Shown here: positions 24,060 to 37,893 of the stretch, one piece after another
How the letters are laid out: the number at the start of each line of letters is the position of its first letter
Numbering within the stretch: the stretch's first letter is position 1
Assembly: GCA_013265495.1 (NCBI GenBank)
Contig: MU061579.1
Span: 2,725,319 to 2,789,318 of the forward strand
Direction: 5' to 3'
Length of the DNA: 64,000 bases
Source of the DNA: Vicugna vicugna
Lineage: Eukaryota
Made by a program: the position numbers and the translations under genes
Notes under the pieces: model-generated
Seen by the model: only the letters and a program-made list of their open reading frames with translations
The model's database searches: none
Told to the model about the DNA's origin: nothing

Positions 24060-26600
24060 ATTTCTAGATTTTAATAAAATTTTCAAAAGGTTTGAGATTT
24101 ACAGATAGTTTGAGAAGATAGTATCAAATTCCCATGCATTTCACAGCCAATTTCCCCTATTGTCTTACAAATAAATGATCAATTTATTATAGTTAATAAA
24201 CCAATTATTGATATGCCATTATAAAACAAAGTCTAAACTTTATTCAGATTTTCTTAATTTTTATCTAATGTCTTTGTACTGTTCTAGGATCCCACGCCAG
24301 ATGCCACATTACATGTAGTTTTCATTTTCCTTATGCTCCTCTTGGCTGAGAGAGTCTCAGATTTTCTTTGTTTTTGACAACCTTCACAGTTTTGAAGGGA
24401 TTTTGTGTTATATCCCTCAATTGGGATTTATCTGATGGTTTTCTCAGGATTAGACAGGGATTATGGATTTCAAGAGGAAGACCACAGAGGTTAACTGCCA
24501 CCTTCATCACACCACACCAAGGGTACATACCATTAATGTGACATCACTATTAACATTGAATTTGAACATTGGGCTTGAGGTAGTGTCTGTCAGGTTTCTC
24601 TACAGCAAACTACTCTCCCCTACCCAGCCCATACTGTATTTTTTGAAAATACTTCACTCTGCACAGCCCACACTTAAGATGCAACACCCTACTTTTCACA
24701 GCCTCAAGGGTGGAACATTTACATAAATTATTTGGAATTTTTCTGAATAAGAAATTTGTCTATTTTCACCTATTCTTTGTTTGATTAAACAAACATTTAA
24801 TTATATCAAAATAGAATCATGGATGCTTAACATTTTTGGTTATAATTCAATGTTTAATTTATTCTGTTGTTCGAAGTGTTTCACCTTTGGCCAAGATAAG
24901 TTTTCAGTTGCCTTCAGCGTTCTTTTGACAAATTATCATCATTGTGTGTGAGAGGGTGTATGTGTGTGTTTAGATACTCCGAGTTTATCTTGTATGTTTC
25001 CTGTCCCAGACTTAGAATCAGCCGCTTCTCTGAGGAGCCCCAGTTTCTTTTATTAGAGAATGGTATTAGGAACCAGGCTCTGAGTTCCACATGTGCTTAC
25101 TGCTTCTGGTGTGTGTCCTTGATCTAGGCTTTCTCAGCTGACAGCAGAAATATTATGTGCATACTAATCAATGTATACACAAATAACTATAAATATTTTC
25201 TAAATGTAACTATCTAACTATATTAAGCTACACATAAGTCTATACTGATGTTTCCAAGTTTAATCAATTACCACAAGGATCATTCTACCTTCCTCCTCTT
25301 GCTTATTTGCTACCTCCCACTCCAAAAGTGAGAAACCTGGCACCTCCTATACATTTAATTATTCACTTCTGGCATGTATATAATGTTATATGTATGATAC
25401 TAGAGATATTGGTGCATACTACCATGGGAAAGAGTTTTATCAAGAAGACTACAGAACTCAAGTACTTTTTACACTAAATTTTAAAGACTCTTCTCATTTC
25501 CCAAGATACTCAAGTAGGTAACCCTCTTCCCCCACCATCCCCACCTTCACTGAATTTATTTCATGAACTTTAAATACAATTATATAATTTTGTCAATTAC
25601 TCATTGCATCATGAATTCTTCAACACTGTACATTTTTTTAAACTTTTAAAACTTTTCATATACTGTGTGCTGCAGTTCTGTGGATTTTAACAAAATGCAT
25701 TGTGTCGTGTGTCCACAATTACAGTATCATAGAGAATAATGTCACTACCCTAAAATTCCCTCTTGGTTCAGTTATTTATCCTTCCCTGTTTTCCACCTAA
25801 ACTCCTGGTAAACTATTGGGCCTTTTACTGCTGCTATAGTTTTGCTGTGTCCAGAAAGTCATACAATTGGAACATGCAGTATGTGGTCTCTTCAGACTGA
25901 TTTCTTTCACAGAATCTCTGTGCCCACTTATTTCACATTTAAGATTCATCTGGCTTTTCATAGCTTGATAGCTAGTATAGTGTAAGCACTAAATAATATT
26001 CCATTGTAAGGATGTTCCATAGTTTGTTTATTCATTCATCTCCTGAAGAAAAGCTTAGTTGTGTTCAGTTTGGGATGATTATACCTAAAGCTGTAATAAA
26101 TAAGTAAGTTTTTGTGTTAATACTAAATTACTCTTTTTTCTCTAGTTTCCTAAGGCAGAAGCTTAAGCTACTGATTTTAGATCTTTCTTTTTTAGTACAT
26201 GTGTTTAATGATTTTAGATCTTTCTTTTTTTAGTACATATCTTTAATGCTATACATTGGATTTCCCTCTTAGTATCATTTTTTGTACTTTTCATGAATTT
26301 GGTGTGTCTTACAAATTCCATACATTGTAATTTTATTTAGTTCAAAGTATTTTTTAATTTCTTGTGAGATTTCTTTGCCACATGTATTATTTGGAACTGT
26401 GTTGTTCAATCTCCAAATATTTGGGGATTTCCCAACTATCTTTCAGTTACTGATTTGTAGTTTCATTCTATGGTCTGAGAACATACATTGTATGATTCCT
26501 ATACCTTTAAGTTGTTAAGGTGTGTTTTATTGACCAGAAAGTGGTGTATCTTTGCCAATATTTCATGGGAGCTTGAGAAGAATGTCTAATCTGTTGTTTC
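24060..26600 (-). mobile_element. L1MD/L1MC-type LINE-1: 3'UTR and ORF2 end (24060-~26120) joined to an endonuclease-region piece (~26120-26600)
   Basis: Reverse complement of the 3'UTR seen at 1-2572. The EN-region text is gagcttgagaagaatgtctaatctg. Confidence 0.85.
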
Positions 26601-26604
26601 ACGG

Positions 26605-27713
26605 CAAAAAAGATAAAAAAATAAAAAGGCAACCCACTGAATGGGAGAAAATATTTGAAGATTATGTATCTGAAAATAGGTTACTATCCAAAATATATGA
26701 ACAACTTGCAACTCAATAGCAAAAAAAAAAATCCAATTAAAACATGGGCAGAAGATCTGAATATATATTGTTTCCAAAGGTGGCCAACAGGTACATGTAA
26801 AGATGGTCAACATCACTAATCATCTGGGAAATGCAAATTAAACCACAGTGAAATATTACCTCATGCCTGATAGAATGGCTATTTTTAAAAAGAAAGAATG
26901 TGTTGGTGAGGTTGTTGAGAAAAGGAAATCCTCCCGCTCTGTTGGTGGAAATATAAATTGGTTATAGCCATTAAGGAAAACAGTATGGAGTCTCCTCAAA
27001 AAAATTAAAATCAGGAACTACCCTTTGATTCAGCTATTCCTCTTCTGGTTATTTATCTGAAGAAAATGAAAACACTAATTAGAAAAGAAATTAGAACATG
27101 CATCCCCATGTTCATTTCAGCATTATTTACAATAGCCAAGATATGGAAACAACTTAGGTGTCCACTGATGGATGAAGGAATAAAGCAAATGTGATATATA
27201 CACACAAACACACACACACACACACACACAATGGAATATTATTCAGCCATAAAAATGAAATCTTGCCATTTGTGTCAACATGGTAGGACACTGAGGACAT
27301 TACGGTAACAGAAATAAGTCAGACAGAAAGACACATACCACATGATTTCACTTATATGTTAAATAGTTAAAAAAAAACCATCAGAAAACAGATTAATGGT
27401 TGCAAGAGACAAGGGGTAGGGAGGCTGACAAAACAGATGAAGGGGGTAGAAATGTACAAATTTTCAGTTCTAAGTCACAGGGATGCAATGTACATCATGG
27501 TGACTACAGTTAATATTGTATTGCATATTGGAAATTTGCTAGTAGAGCACATCTTAAAAGTTGTCTTCACAAGAAAAAAATATATAACTATGTATGGTGA
27601 TGGTGCTAACTAGACTTACTGTAGTGATCATTTCACAATACATACAAGTATGAGATCACTGTGTTGTACACCTAAAACTAATATGTTATATGTCAATTAT
27701 ATTTCAATAAAAA
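26605..27713 (+). mobile_element. LINE-1 (L1MA9/L1_Art-like) 3' end inserted in the L1MD element
   Basis: aggcaacccactgaatgggagaaaatatttg...gttgtacacctaaaactaatatgttatatgtcaattatatttcaataaaaa. Contains an imperfect (CA)n near 27200-27230. Confidence 0.9.
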
Positions 27714-27729
27714 GATACAAAGTAAAAAA

Positions 27730-29085
27730 GTGATCAATATAGTTAGATTAATATCCACCATATTTATAAATTTTCTAGTTTATATGTTCATTGCTTTCCT
27801 TCCCCTTCATCTGCCTTCTCTGATTTTAACTAAGCATTCAAGATTATTGCATTTTCCCTATTCTTAGCATATCAGTATATGTACTTACAAAAATGTTTAG
27901 TTGTTCTTAGAATTGGGAATATAGATTTTTAACTAATCTAAGCCTACTTTCAAATAGGTAGACTATGACATATCATGTATAGTGTAGTTATCTTATAAAA
28001 ATGTTCCCAATTTCTTCCTCTTTTTGATATTACTGTCATTTAATTTATCTATAAGCTATGATCATCTGATACATTTTTATATTAATTTGATTAGTTCTCA
28101 GATCAAGAATGAGAAAATTTTAAATTATGTTCACTTCAAATGTATTTTTTATATGATCTTCCTTTATGTAGATGTGAGTTTTTGACCCAGATAATTTTCT
28201 GTTAATCTCCCTTAGCATATTAATCATAGCTATTTACTATTGCCTGTTGAAATTCCAATATCTATATCATATTTGGGTCTTGTAATGATAAATACTTTGT
28301 CTCTTCAGAATGTGTTTTTCCTTGCCTTTTGGCATGCCTTGTAACTTTTTACTGAAACTAAACATGATGAAGGTGAGTCTATATCTAGCAGTGTTTTAAA
28401 GCTATTAATTCACTGCTGTTACACTGGAATCCTATTGATGTGGTGAATATATGAAGAAGAAGGAAAGTGATTTAACGTTGTAATTAAATCTTAGTATTTT
28501 AGTGGACTGGTGTCCCTGGGTGTGATATTCACACGTTTCTTAATTTTTTACCTCCAATTATGTGAGACAGAAGTCCAGAGGGGTGGAGTTGAGAAGTAAT
28601 CCCAGGTAAGATAACACAGCTTTGTCTTTCTCCCTGCAGACTGGACTCTTGGGATGGGTAAAGCTTCAGGTGTCTTTCACTCCTGGTTACTGTTCCTTTT
28701 CCACTATTAGAGCCAGGAGGGTATCTTTCTTGGTTCTTCACAGTGGGTTCCTGCAGGTAAAACCCAGAGGAGTGCAAAGCCCCACTTACACTGTGGTTCT
28801 CAGGAATTTCTTACTCTCTAGCTCTAGCTGACACTCAGTCTTTGGCACTCATTGAAATTACCTACCCCATCTGTTTATGTCTCCAGCTGCTTCTGCTCCA
28901 TATGATCAGATCTTGGCTGTGACTTTCAGAATTACCTGTCTCCTCATATATCAGTCTCTCAGAATGCCCTGTGACCTTAGTTCTCTGATGATTCTAAGAA
29001 AGGTTATCAATTTTTAGTTTAAGAGTTTTTAGGAAAAATCTCAAAAAAATGGCATGATGTCTTCTAAGTTATTTTCCTGTAGTAA
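27730..29085 (-). mobile_element. 5' portion (ORF1 remnant and 5'UTR) of the L1MD-type element
   Basis: gcttctgctcca...gatcttggctgtgactttc (28909-28943) matches window positions 111-147 in reverse complement. Confidence 0.75.
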
Positions 29086-30107
29086 CTAAAATCACAAAAG
29101 GACATATATTTTTAGATGAAAGATAACAGATTAAGATAGAGTAGATTATATTTAGTAAAAGTAAGAAATATTTCAATCACATATGTGTGTAATCAATGTG
29201 TCAAAAATAATCAAACTTCAAAAAAAATCTGAAAAGTACTAATCCAGAGCACCGGTCAAGTCTTGCTTTTCTGTGATGGTGAGCATTTGTATGCTTAAGT
29301 ATCTATTTTTAATTAAATTAATATAAAAGATAGGATAAGATATATTTTGGATTTCGTATAATCCCAGTGTACTGGCTGTAATGGCACAGCTTTCTCTCAG
29401 AACCACAGCTTTGCAGCGGTCTCTTGAGAAGTGCTCCTGTAGACATAAACTCACTTTTGACAATGTTGACCACTAAAAATACATTAATTTTAAAGGACTG
29501 AAGAAAAAAATTGGACAAGGTAAATTAATAGCACTGTAGGAAAAATCCCAGTATCTTTACTCAGACTGAAGTTCAACTTCTCAAATTAGTTCTCTATTAT
29601 TTCATTATTCTGTTCTCACTGGGGAATAATAGCCTTATTCACACCAGTTAACCTTCAAGTATGTGGAAAATTGATATTTAATGCTTAAAAAATTAATATG
29701 TGTCATTTTAAAATGTTTCTGATTTAAACACAGGAGTTGGGTTAGAAGACATTGTGTAGATCATTCCTCAGCATCAAACACCTTATCTTGAGCCATCCAG
29801 CCCAGACACTGTCCTGTTTTGGGTACTAGTCTCTGAAAGCTCTTGTTTCAAAATTCTTCCCTGGGAGTAGACGCCAAGTTTCCTCTTATTACCAGAAACA
29901 GGAACTCTGCCTGTGATATCCGACTAAAATCGAGCATACCTACTGACAAACTTTGCAAACACTTCAAATCCTAGGAAAATGAGTCCTGTGATTCTCATCT
30001 TTGCATTTTACCTATTTTAGCCACTGTTGCTAACATTTCAATAAAAATAAGATGACAAAAATCCTAATATAAAGAACACTTGGTCCCTTAGAGAAGTATA
30101 TTCTAGT

Positions 30108-30593
30108 TATACAATGGAATACGACTCAGCCATAAAAAAGAATAAAATAATGCCAATTGCAGCAACATGGATGGACCTAGAGATTGTCATTCTAAGTGAA
30201 ATAAGCCAGAAAGAGAAAGAAAAACACTATATGATATCACTTATATGTGGAATCTAAAAAAATTAAAAAGAGCACTAATGAACTCACCTACAAAACAGAA
30301 ACAGACTCACAGACATAGTAAACAATCTTATGGTTACTGAGGAAAGGGGTGAGAAGGATAAATTTGGGAATCTGAGATTTGCAAATGTTAGCCACTATGT
30401 ATAAAAATAGATTAAAAAAACAAATTTCTTCTGAATAGCACAGGGAACTATATTCAATATCTTGTAATAATCTTTGATGAAAAATAATATGAAAACGAAT
30501 ATATGTATGTATATGCACAACTGGGACACTGTGCTATATACCAGAAATTGACAATTGACACATTGTAACTGACTATACTTCAATAAAAAAAAA
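30108..30593 (+). mobile_element. Young camelid-like LINE-1 3' end
   Basis: Closely similar to 17260-17727 (ccagaaattgacacattgtaactgactatacttcaat) and ends in poly(A). Confidence 0.92.
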
Positions 30594-31604
30594 CAGCTAG
30601 AAAATAAAATGTCATATAAAATATTTCATAAAGTACACATTGTACCCACTGGCCTTTTTTTCAGTATATGATCAATGGGGAATACTAAAGAACATTATGT
30701 CTTTTCAAGTGAACCTGTAATAAATATTTTTTAATTATTTAAGATTCTAAATATTTGTATCTTTACTAGTATCTGAAACTGGATCAAAATTTTATGGTAA
30801 AAAATATAAAGTTAATTAAAAATACGTAAAAGTCATTACTAAACTGGAAATCTGAAAACTTGGATCCTGAACAAATGTATAATGCTAGATGTTTTGTGGT
30901 GGGAAAGTAATTACCCACCATAAATCTTTATTTCCTTTTCAAAAACTAAAGAGGGTTAATTCAATTATATGATTAATCCTCTTCTAGCTCTGAGGTTGTA
31001 CATTTGATTTCACTAACACATTAACTCTTTCAGAGACAGTAAATCTTCCATTTTATTTTTCACTATGTATTTCTTGCGTTTCCTTATAAGAAAGAGAACT
31101 GGCTAAATTGCTGCTGGATATCAAACAACTTATTGTTAATATTGTGAATGTCTATGGGTTTGATTTTTCCAGTTTTACATATCTGAAAAATACAAGGATC
31201 CTTTATACTAAGAAAAAATTAATATTTTCTGTACTGAATACAATTTACATTTTTCTCTTTATGTAGAAAGTCTTGATTCTTCTTTTCAATAAATACATTT
31301 AAAAGTGTCAAAAACTTTCTCAAAGAGACAACTGATTTCACAGATGATCGTAAAAAGGCCAGAGAAAGCTGATAATGGAAAAAGTGATAACCTGATAGAG
31401 CTCTTTCGTTGAATGTGCTCTTAGGAAAAAATCCACGATGAAAATGTAGTCGAAGAGATGACTACCACTGCATTCCACAAGCAGAGCCAGTGTATCTAAA
31501 ATTCAAGATTTCTCAAATATGTTCCTGTGTTTTCTTCTGGACTTTGAAACTGTCATTTGAAATATCCAAGTTTATACACATGACCTTCTTGACCACTGTA
31601 CCAG

Positions 31605-32080
31605 TACTGTTAGTTAACTTTGTGTTGTAACAGCCAAATCTAATAGGTGGTGGTTTAAAGCCACAATCATTTATTTGGATCTATGGTGGGTGAATCTTCA
31701 CTCTGCGCTGAATTTACCTATGTAAGTTTTTCACTGGTCTTGGCAAGACTTACACAAAAACCTGTAGTTAGCTGTCAGAGTGGCTGGCAGTCAGTCTAGA
31801 GGAGTCTTGGATGGTTTGTTTCTGCGGCCTGTGATTGCTCAACCCCCTGTAGGTTAGCCCAGATTTATGCAAATGGTGACGAGGTTCACAATAACAGCAA
31901 GATTGCAAATGGCAAAGTTCCTTTGGGTCTAGGCTTACACTTCTTACATCAGTTCTTCTGAATTCTGTAGTTCAAAGGAAGTCACCAAGACAGTGCAGAT
32001 CCAAGGGACACAGAAATACACCCCATCATTGATTAAAGGAACTACAAAGAAGTGTGGTCATCCTTTCCCCACTTACTACA
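31605..32080 (-). mobile_element. MaLR LTR (MLT1G/H-like)
   Basis: gttagttaac...tgtaaca...ggtttaaagccacaatcatttatt...caaaggaagtcaccaagacagtgcagatccaaggg...ctaca. Confidence 0.75.
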
Positions 32081-32469
32081 CTGCTAATAAATTAATTTAT
32101 CAGCACATTCACATACATGGAACAAGTCTGAGGTTGAACGTTCAGGAACTTGAGAATATAGTCTGGTATCTGGCTACTTAGTAAATCCCCAAGTTGTGGT
32201 CCTAAATAGTGAATGCAAACTATCATATTAAACTTTTTGCAGCTAAAATTTAGAAACTTCCCTGATGGCTACAGTAAATGCCTGAGAAATCTAGAAAAAC
32301 CGATGTTAGACACATTCTACCCATAAATATTGAATAAACTCATGGTAATATTCAAGCTGTCTCATACAACTAAATGTGTGGGGAAAATATGTTTACCTAA
32401 AGAAATTTTTGAATAGGGGCCATTTATTAGCATTAGGTGCAGGAAATATAGTAATTCCATAGATAAATG

Positions 32470-34500
32470 GATAGGGACCTGTGCACCTGGAGGGGACTCA
32501 GACAAAAAGGGACATTGCACTGGTGGCCACCTGCCATGGGGAGTGCATGGATCGAGCCACAGACAGGGCATACTCGGGTCCTAACTAGAGAGGATGAGCC
32601 TCCTTGGCTGGACAGAAGACAGCTGGGACAATCAGAAGGGTTGGAGAAACCTGGATTCCACTTGGGAGGAGCATACAAGCACTAGCTAACCCCCAGAACA
32701 GAGCAGAGAAAGATCTGCCAGAGCAATTGCCAGGTTTCCTATGACCACCTCACCATGTGTCCCAGCTAGAGCTAAGCAAATGCTTTCTGGCTTTGCTATA
32801 CCCTGCCACAGCAGGGCATTAGGAGGCAGCCATCATTGAGAAAAAGACTTGACCATGGGCTACATCTGAGAAAAGCTTCAGACACCTAAACAGGCAGCAC
32901 ACTGCCTAGATACATAAGCCCCACTTGCTTCAGCATTTCCCTCCTTTGAGGCAAATGTCCCATTGCAGGGAGAGGCAAGACACACACTTAAAGGGAACAG
33001 AGCCAGTCTGAGCCCAACCCTCAGGGTTTCTGCTCCAGCAACTTGGGATCAGATCCTGCCCCAAAGAAAACTCACAGTCAACAGAAGGAAGTAGTAAAGA
33101 CTGGAGAGGAAATAAAATAGAGATTGAAAAATACATAAGAGCAATGAAACGAATGACAGTTTTTTTGAAAACAAACAAAATTGATAAACATTTAGCCAGG
33201 CTCACCAAAAAGAAAAGAGGACCAAGATAAAATAAGAAATTAAACAGGAGGAGTAACAACCAATACCAGAGATACAAAATGTCATAAGAGAATACTATGA
33301 ACAGGTAAATGCCAACAAATTGGGCAACGCAGAAAAATTGGACACATTTTTAGAAACATCCAACCTGCCAGACTGAGTCAAGAAGAAATAGACAATTGGA
33401 ACAGATCACTAGTAATGAAACTGAATTTTAATTAAAAATCTCCCAGCAAACAAAAGTCCAGGACCTGATGGCTTCACAAGGGAACTCTACTCAACATATA
33501 AAGAACTCAGATCTGTCCTTCTCAAACTATTCCAAATAACTGAAGAGGATACAACACTCCCAAATTCATTCTACAAGGCCACCATCAGCCTGATACAAAA
33601 AGCAGACAGACACTACAAAAAAAGATACTTACAGGCCAGCATTTCTGATATAGATATAAAAACTCTCAACAAAATATTGTCAAACCAAATCCAGTACATA
33701 AAAAGGATTACACACCGCGATCAGGTTGGATTTATTCCAAGGTTACAAGGATAGTTCAACATTAACAAAATCAACGTGCTATACCACCTTAACAAAAGGA
33801 TAGATAAAAATCACATGATTATCTCAATAGATGCAGAGAAAGCATTTGACAAACTTCAACCTCCATTCATCATAGAACTCTCAAAGTAAGTATAGAGGGA
33901 ACATCTTCACATGACAAAGGGCATTTATGACAAACCACAAATCATCATACTTAATGGTGAAAAGCCGGAAACCTTTCCTCTAAATTCAGCAATGAGACAA
34001 AGATATCTACTCTTGCCACTTCTATTTAACATAGCTTTGAAAGTCCTAGCCATGGCAAGCCAAGAAAAAATAAAAGGATCCAAATTGGAAAGGAATAGGT
34101 AAAACTGTCGTTATTTGCAGATGACATGATACTTTATATAGAAAACTCTAAAGCCTCCACCCAAAACTATTACAGTAAATGAATTCAGCAAAATTATAGT
34201 ATACAAGATTTATAAACAGAAATCTGTTATGTTTCCACACATAAATAATGAACTATCAGAAAAAAAAAGGTAAAAAAAACCTCTTTTAAAGTCATATCAA
34301 AAAGAATATAATACTTGAGAATAAACTTAACCAAGGAGGTGAAAAACCTATACTCTGAAAACTATAAAAGGTTGATGAAGGAAATTGAAGATGATACAAA
34401 GAAATGGAAGGCTATCTCATGCTCTTGGATTAGAAGAATGTTAAAATGACTGTACTAGCCAAAGCAATCTACAGACTAAGTGCAATCCCTATTAAAATGC
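32470..34500 (+). mobile_element. LINE-1 with a GC-richer 5'UTR-like segment (~32470-33075) joined to ORF2 including the RT domain; 3'-truncated
   Basis: ORF2 motifs SPGPDGFT (~33456), [11 protein letters not shown] (~33820) and LFADDMILY (FADD at 34114-34125). Multiple frameshifts. Confidence 0.88.
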
Positions 34501-34534
34501 TTTTTTTCTACTGGGAAACTTTGCTAAAATCCAG

Positions 34535-34640
34535 TAAAACATAAAGCTTCTTGAAGGCAGGGGCTTATTTCTGTCATGCTTATTGCTGCATCAACAGAGC
34601 CTGGAACAACGTCTGACACAGTAGGTGCTCAATACCTTTT
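34535..34640 (+). mobile_element. LINE-2 3' end
   Basis: cttcttgaaggcaggggc...gcctggaacaacgtctgacacagtaggtgctcaata. Confidence 0.8.
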
Positions 34641-35988
34641 AAAGAAGAAAAGATATCTCAATACTCTTTTGAAAGTTGGAATGGATGAAAGTCAAACCAT
34701 CTTGATACATAAGCATGTCAGAATATGTTAATGTATGTTTAGGTATGTACAGAATATCATTTAGCCTTGGCCTTGAATATGGAGTTATTGAAATTAATTT
34801 TCAGAAAGAGAACATACAAGTTCAAACAATGTTGTTGAGCATGGAGAATCATCTCATGGGCAACTTCAAATGTTTAATGCTATTTTATAAGAGGCTATTA
34901 GATATTGAAGGTTGGGTATTGCTAATTGCATTCTACAGGGGCTGGAAAAAATCACATATAATATGAGTTACCTGGACTAAGTCGCTATTCCTTGTTAGAG
35001 ACCAGAGAGGAAAAAGAACAATTTTTGCTCATATCACTCACTCCTAAAATAAGGATGTGCCAGACCCTCATATTTCTTTCCATATATTGGGTTTGCAGTT
35101 AAATTATAGCTGAAAAAGTTGAAATTTGGTGCTATATTTGTGAATGAATGGCTGTATAAACTAAATGCTATCCTATTGTTCTGTAAGTTAACAGGTTGAG
35201 TAGAATTTTATTAGTCCAACATGCTGATGTTTTCTTTTTTCTTAGACTCCTCTATATTTAAATATTAAATTTACATATACAGTTCCCTCTTTTTGTATTC
35301 ATTATACTAACTACCCTTGCTAGTTGGATGAAGATAACTAATTCTTTTTTAACTCTGAAAAATTATAGGCCTTACCTTGCACTTTGCTTAGTTTAGCCTC
35401 AGGAAGTCCTTTCCATACTTAGCATAACAATTAGAAAGTTGGACCTTACTTGGCTTAATGTACAACAAAGTGTGACACTATGAAAGTCAGAAAGGTTATT
35501 CCCTTGTGTTGTTTCGTCTCCTTAGGTTTAGAAGTTCCCATAATAATTGCCTTCCATGTTTCAAGAGAGAGAAGAAAGCCAATTAAGCTAGAGTTATAAT
35601 ATCTCAAATGAACTAAGGAATTATAATTAGATTAGGCTGATATACATTAAACATCTTAGGTTACAGATAAATGGAAAACATGAGAAGGAAGTGTCAAATA
35701 ATTATCTATAACAAATAAAACTTGACCAACAGCAAGTATAAAGGGTGAAACTATCAAACTCCTTATGTTACCTTTTACTTTTTTCTGTACAAGTTTTTAC
35801 TTCATTTTCTACCTTCTAATGACAATATATCTTTGAATAAGTTATACAAAGTAAAACATTTAAAACAATGTTTAATACATATAATAGCCATAGCTTTGCA
35901 ACCTCCTTTTCAAGAACTAAAATAATTTATTGAAATATTAATATCACTTCCTCCCTTGAATTGATCATCTTTTCATTTTCCTCTATGT

Positions 35989-36212
35989 GAAGCAACAGCC
36001 AACTTTTTCTATAAAAGGCCAAATAAAGAATAAATAATTGAGACTCTGTGGACCATACAGTCTCTGACAAACTATTCAACTCTTCCATTGTTGTACAAAA
36101 GCAATCACAGACAGTATCAAAACAAATGGTCACAGCTGTGCTCCAATAAAACTTTCTTATTTTCAAAATAGGTGGCAGGCTGGATTAGACTGTAGGAATT
36201 TGCTGACACCTA
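35989..36212 (+). mobile_element. hAT-Charlie MITE (MER58A-like)
   Basis: aactttttctataaaaggcc...ccatacagtctctgacaaactattcaactct...gtgctccaataaaacttt...tttgctgacacct. Confidence 0.85.
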
Positions 36213-36361
36213 CCCCCACGCCATTCTAAACATATGTCAAAACTATTTCTTCAAAAGTTTCTAATTTATGAATGGAAAACTGAACCCTCATTTCTGCCAC
36301 TATCTTGACAATTTCTTTGATAGAGAACTGAAATATTCTGGTGTGAAATAAAAGTGTATTG

Positions 36362-37893
36362 ACAATAGGAGCACCTTAAATATATAAAACAAATATTAAC
36401 AAACCTGAAGAAAAAAACAGTGATGCAATAATAAGGGATTTCAGTACCCTACTTTCAATAATAAATAGATCATGCAGATATAAAAATATGAAAACATTGA
36501 ACTTAAACTACATATCAGACCAGATGAACTTATCAGATATTTATAGAACATTCCATGCAACAGCAGAGGAATACATATACTTCTGAAGTGCCCATGGAGC
36601 ATTCTACTGGACAGATCATACAGTAGGTCCCAAAACAAGTCTTAAAAAATTTAAGAAGTTTGAAGTCATATCATGGTTTTGATTTAATGAAATCATATCA
36701 TCAAATCATATAATCTTTTCTGACCACAACTATCTGAAACTGAAACTCAATTATAAAAAGAAAACTGTAAAATCCACAAATACATAGAGATTATACAACA
36801 TGCTACCAAACAACTGATGGGTCAGAAAGGAATCAAAGAAAAAATGTGAAAGATATTTAGAGGTGAATAAAAATGGAAACAACATAACAAAAATTACAGT
36901 TTGGCTGGATTTGAGAAGGAACAAAATAGACAAATCTTTCACTAGATTCAAAAAGAAAAGAAAAAGAAAAAGAGGACTCAGAAAGTGAAAAAGCAGACAT
37001 TAATGCAGATACCACAGAAATGCAAAGGATCATGAGACTACTATGAATAATTATATGCCAACAAATTGGACAACCCAGAAGACATGGATAAAGGCTGAAA
37101 ATATACAAGCTATTTAGATTAAATCATGAAGAAATAAAATTTCTGAACAGATCCATTACTAGTAAGAAGATTGAATCAGTGATCAAAAACTTTCAACACA
37201 CAACAGTCCAGGACCATATGGCATCACTGGTGAATTATACTAAACATTCAAAGAGTCAGTATCAATCTTTCTCAAACACTTTCAAAACAGAAGAGAAGGG
37301 AACATGTTTGAACTTTTCATAAGGCCAGCATGACCCTAATACCAAAACTATACAAGAAGACTAAAATAAAATGAAAATGGCATCATGTATCTGAAGAACA
37401 TAGATGCAGAATTCAACAAGATATTGGCAAATGTTACAAATGAATATTTGGAATATTTGAATTAGTGAATTCAAAAATACATTAAATGAATCATACACAT
37501 GACCAGTGGAATTTATTCCAAGAATGTAAGGATGGTTCAATATACGCAACATCAATATGATATACCACAATAACAAAATGAAGAAAAAAATGAAAGATAC
37601 GATTCTCAAAAACTGGATAGGAGGACCTCAACTCAGTATACTGAAGTTTTTATATGACAATCTCATGGCTAAATCACACTGAACAGTAAAAAACTGAAAA
37701 ATCAGGAACAAGAAAAGGATGCCCAATCTCACCACTTTTATTCAACATAGCACTGGAAATTCTAGCCAGAGAAATTAGGCAAGAAAGAGAAATAAGGAGC
37801 ATCCAATTAAAAAATAAAGCACATTGTCTCTATTTACAGATGACATATTATATATAGAAAACACTAAAAACTCCACCAAAAAAAATGTTAAGA
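36362..37893 (+). mobile_element. LINE-1 ORF2 internal fragment (endonuclease to RT)
   Basis: EN text ggatttcagtaccctactttc and ttctgaccacaac; RT text ctatttacagatgacat (FADD-like). Heavily disrupted. Confidence 0.9.

Noticed and set aside
29239..29518. Overlapping minus-strand ORFs with a possible acceptor (tgtctacag)
   Set aside because: Weak polypyrimidine tract, no clear donor and no protein similarity.
35376..35477. Minus-strand candidate exon (ctttcatag acceptor, AAG|gtaagg donor, 102 nt)
   Set aside because: All three frames contain stop codons and I found no partner exons.
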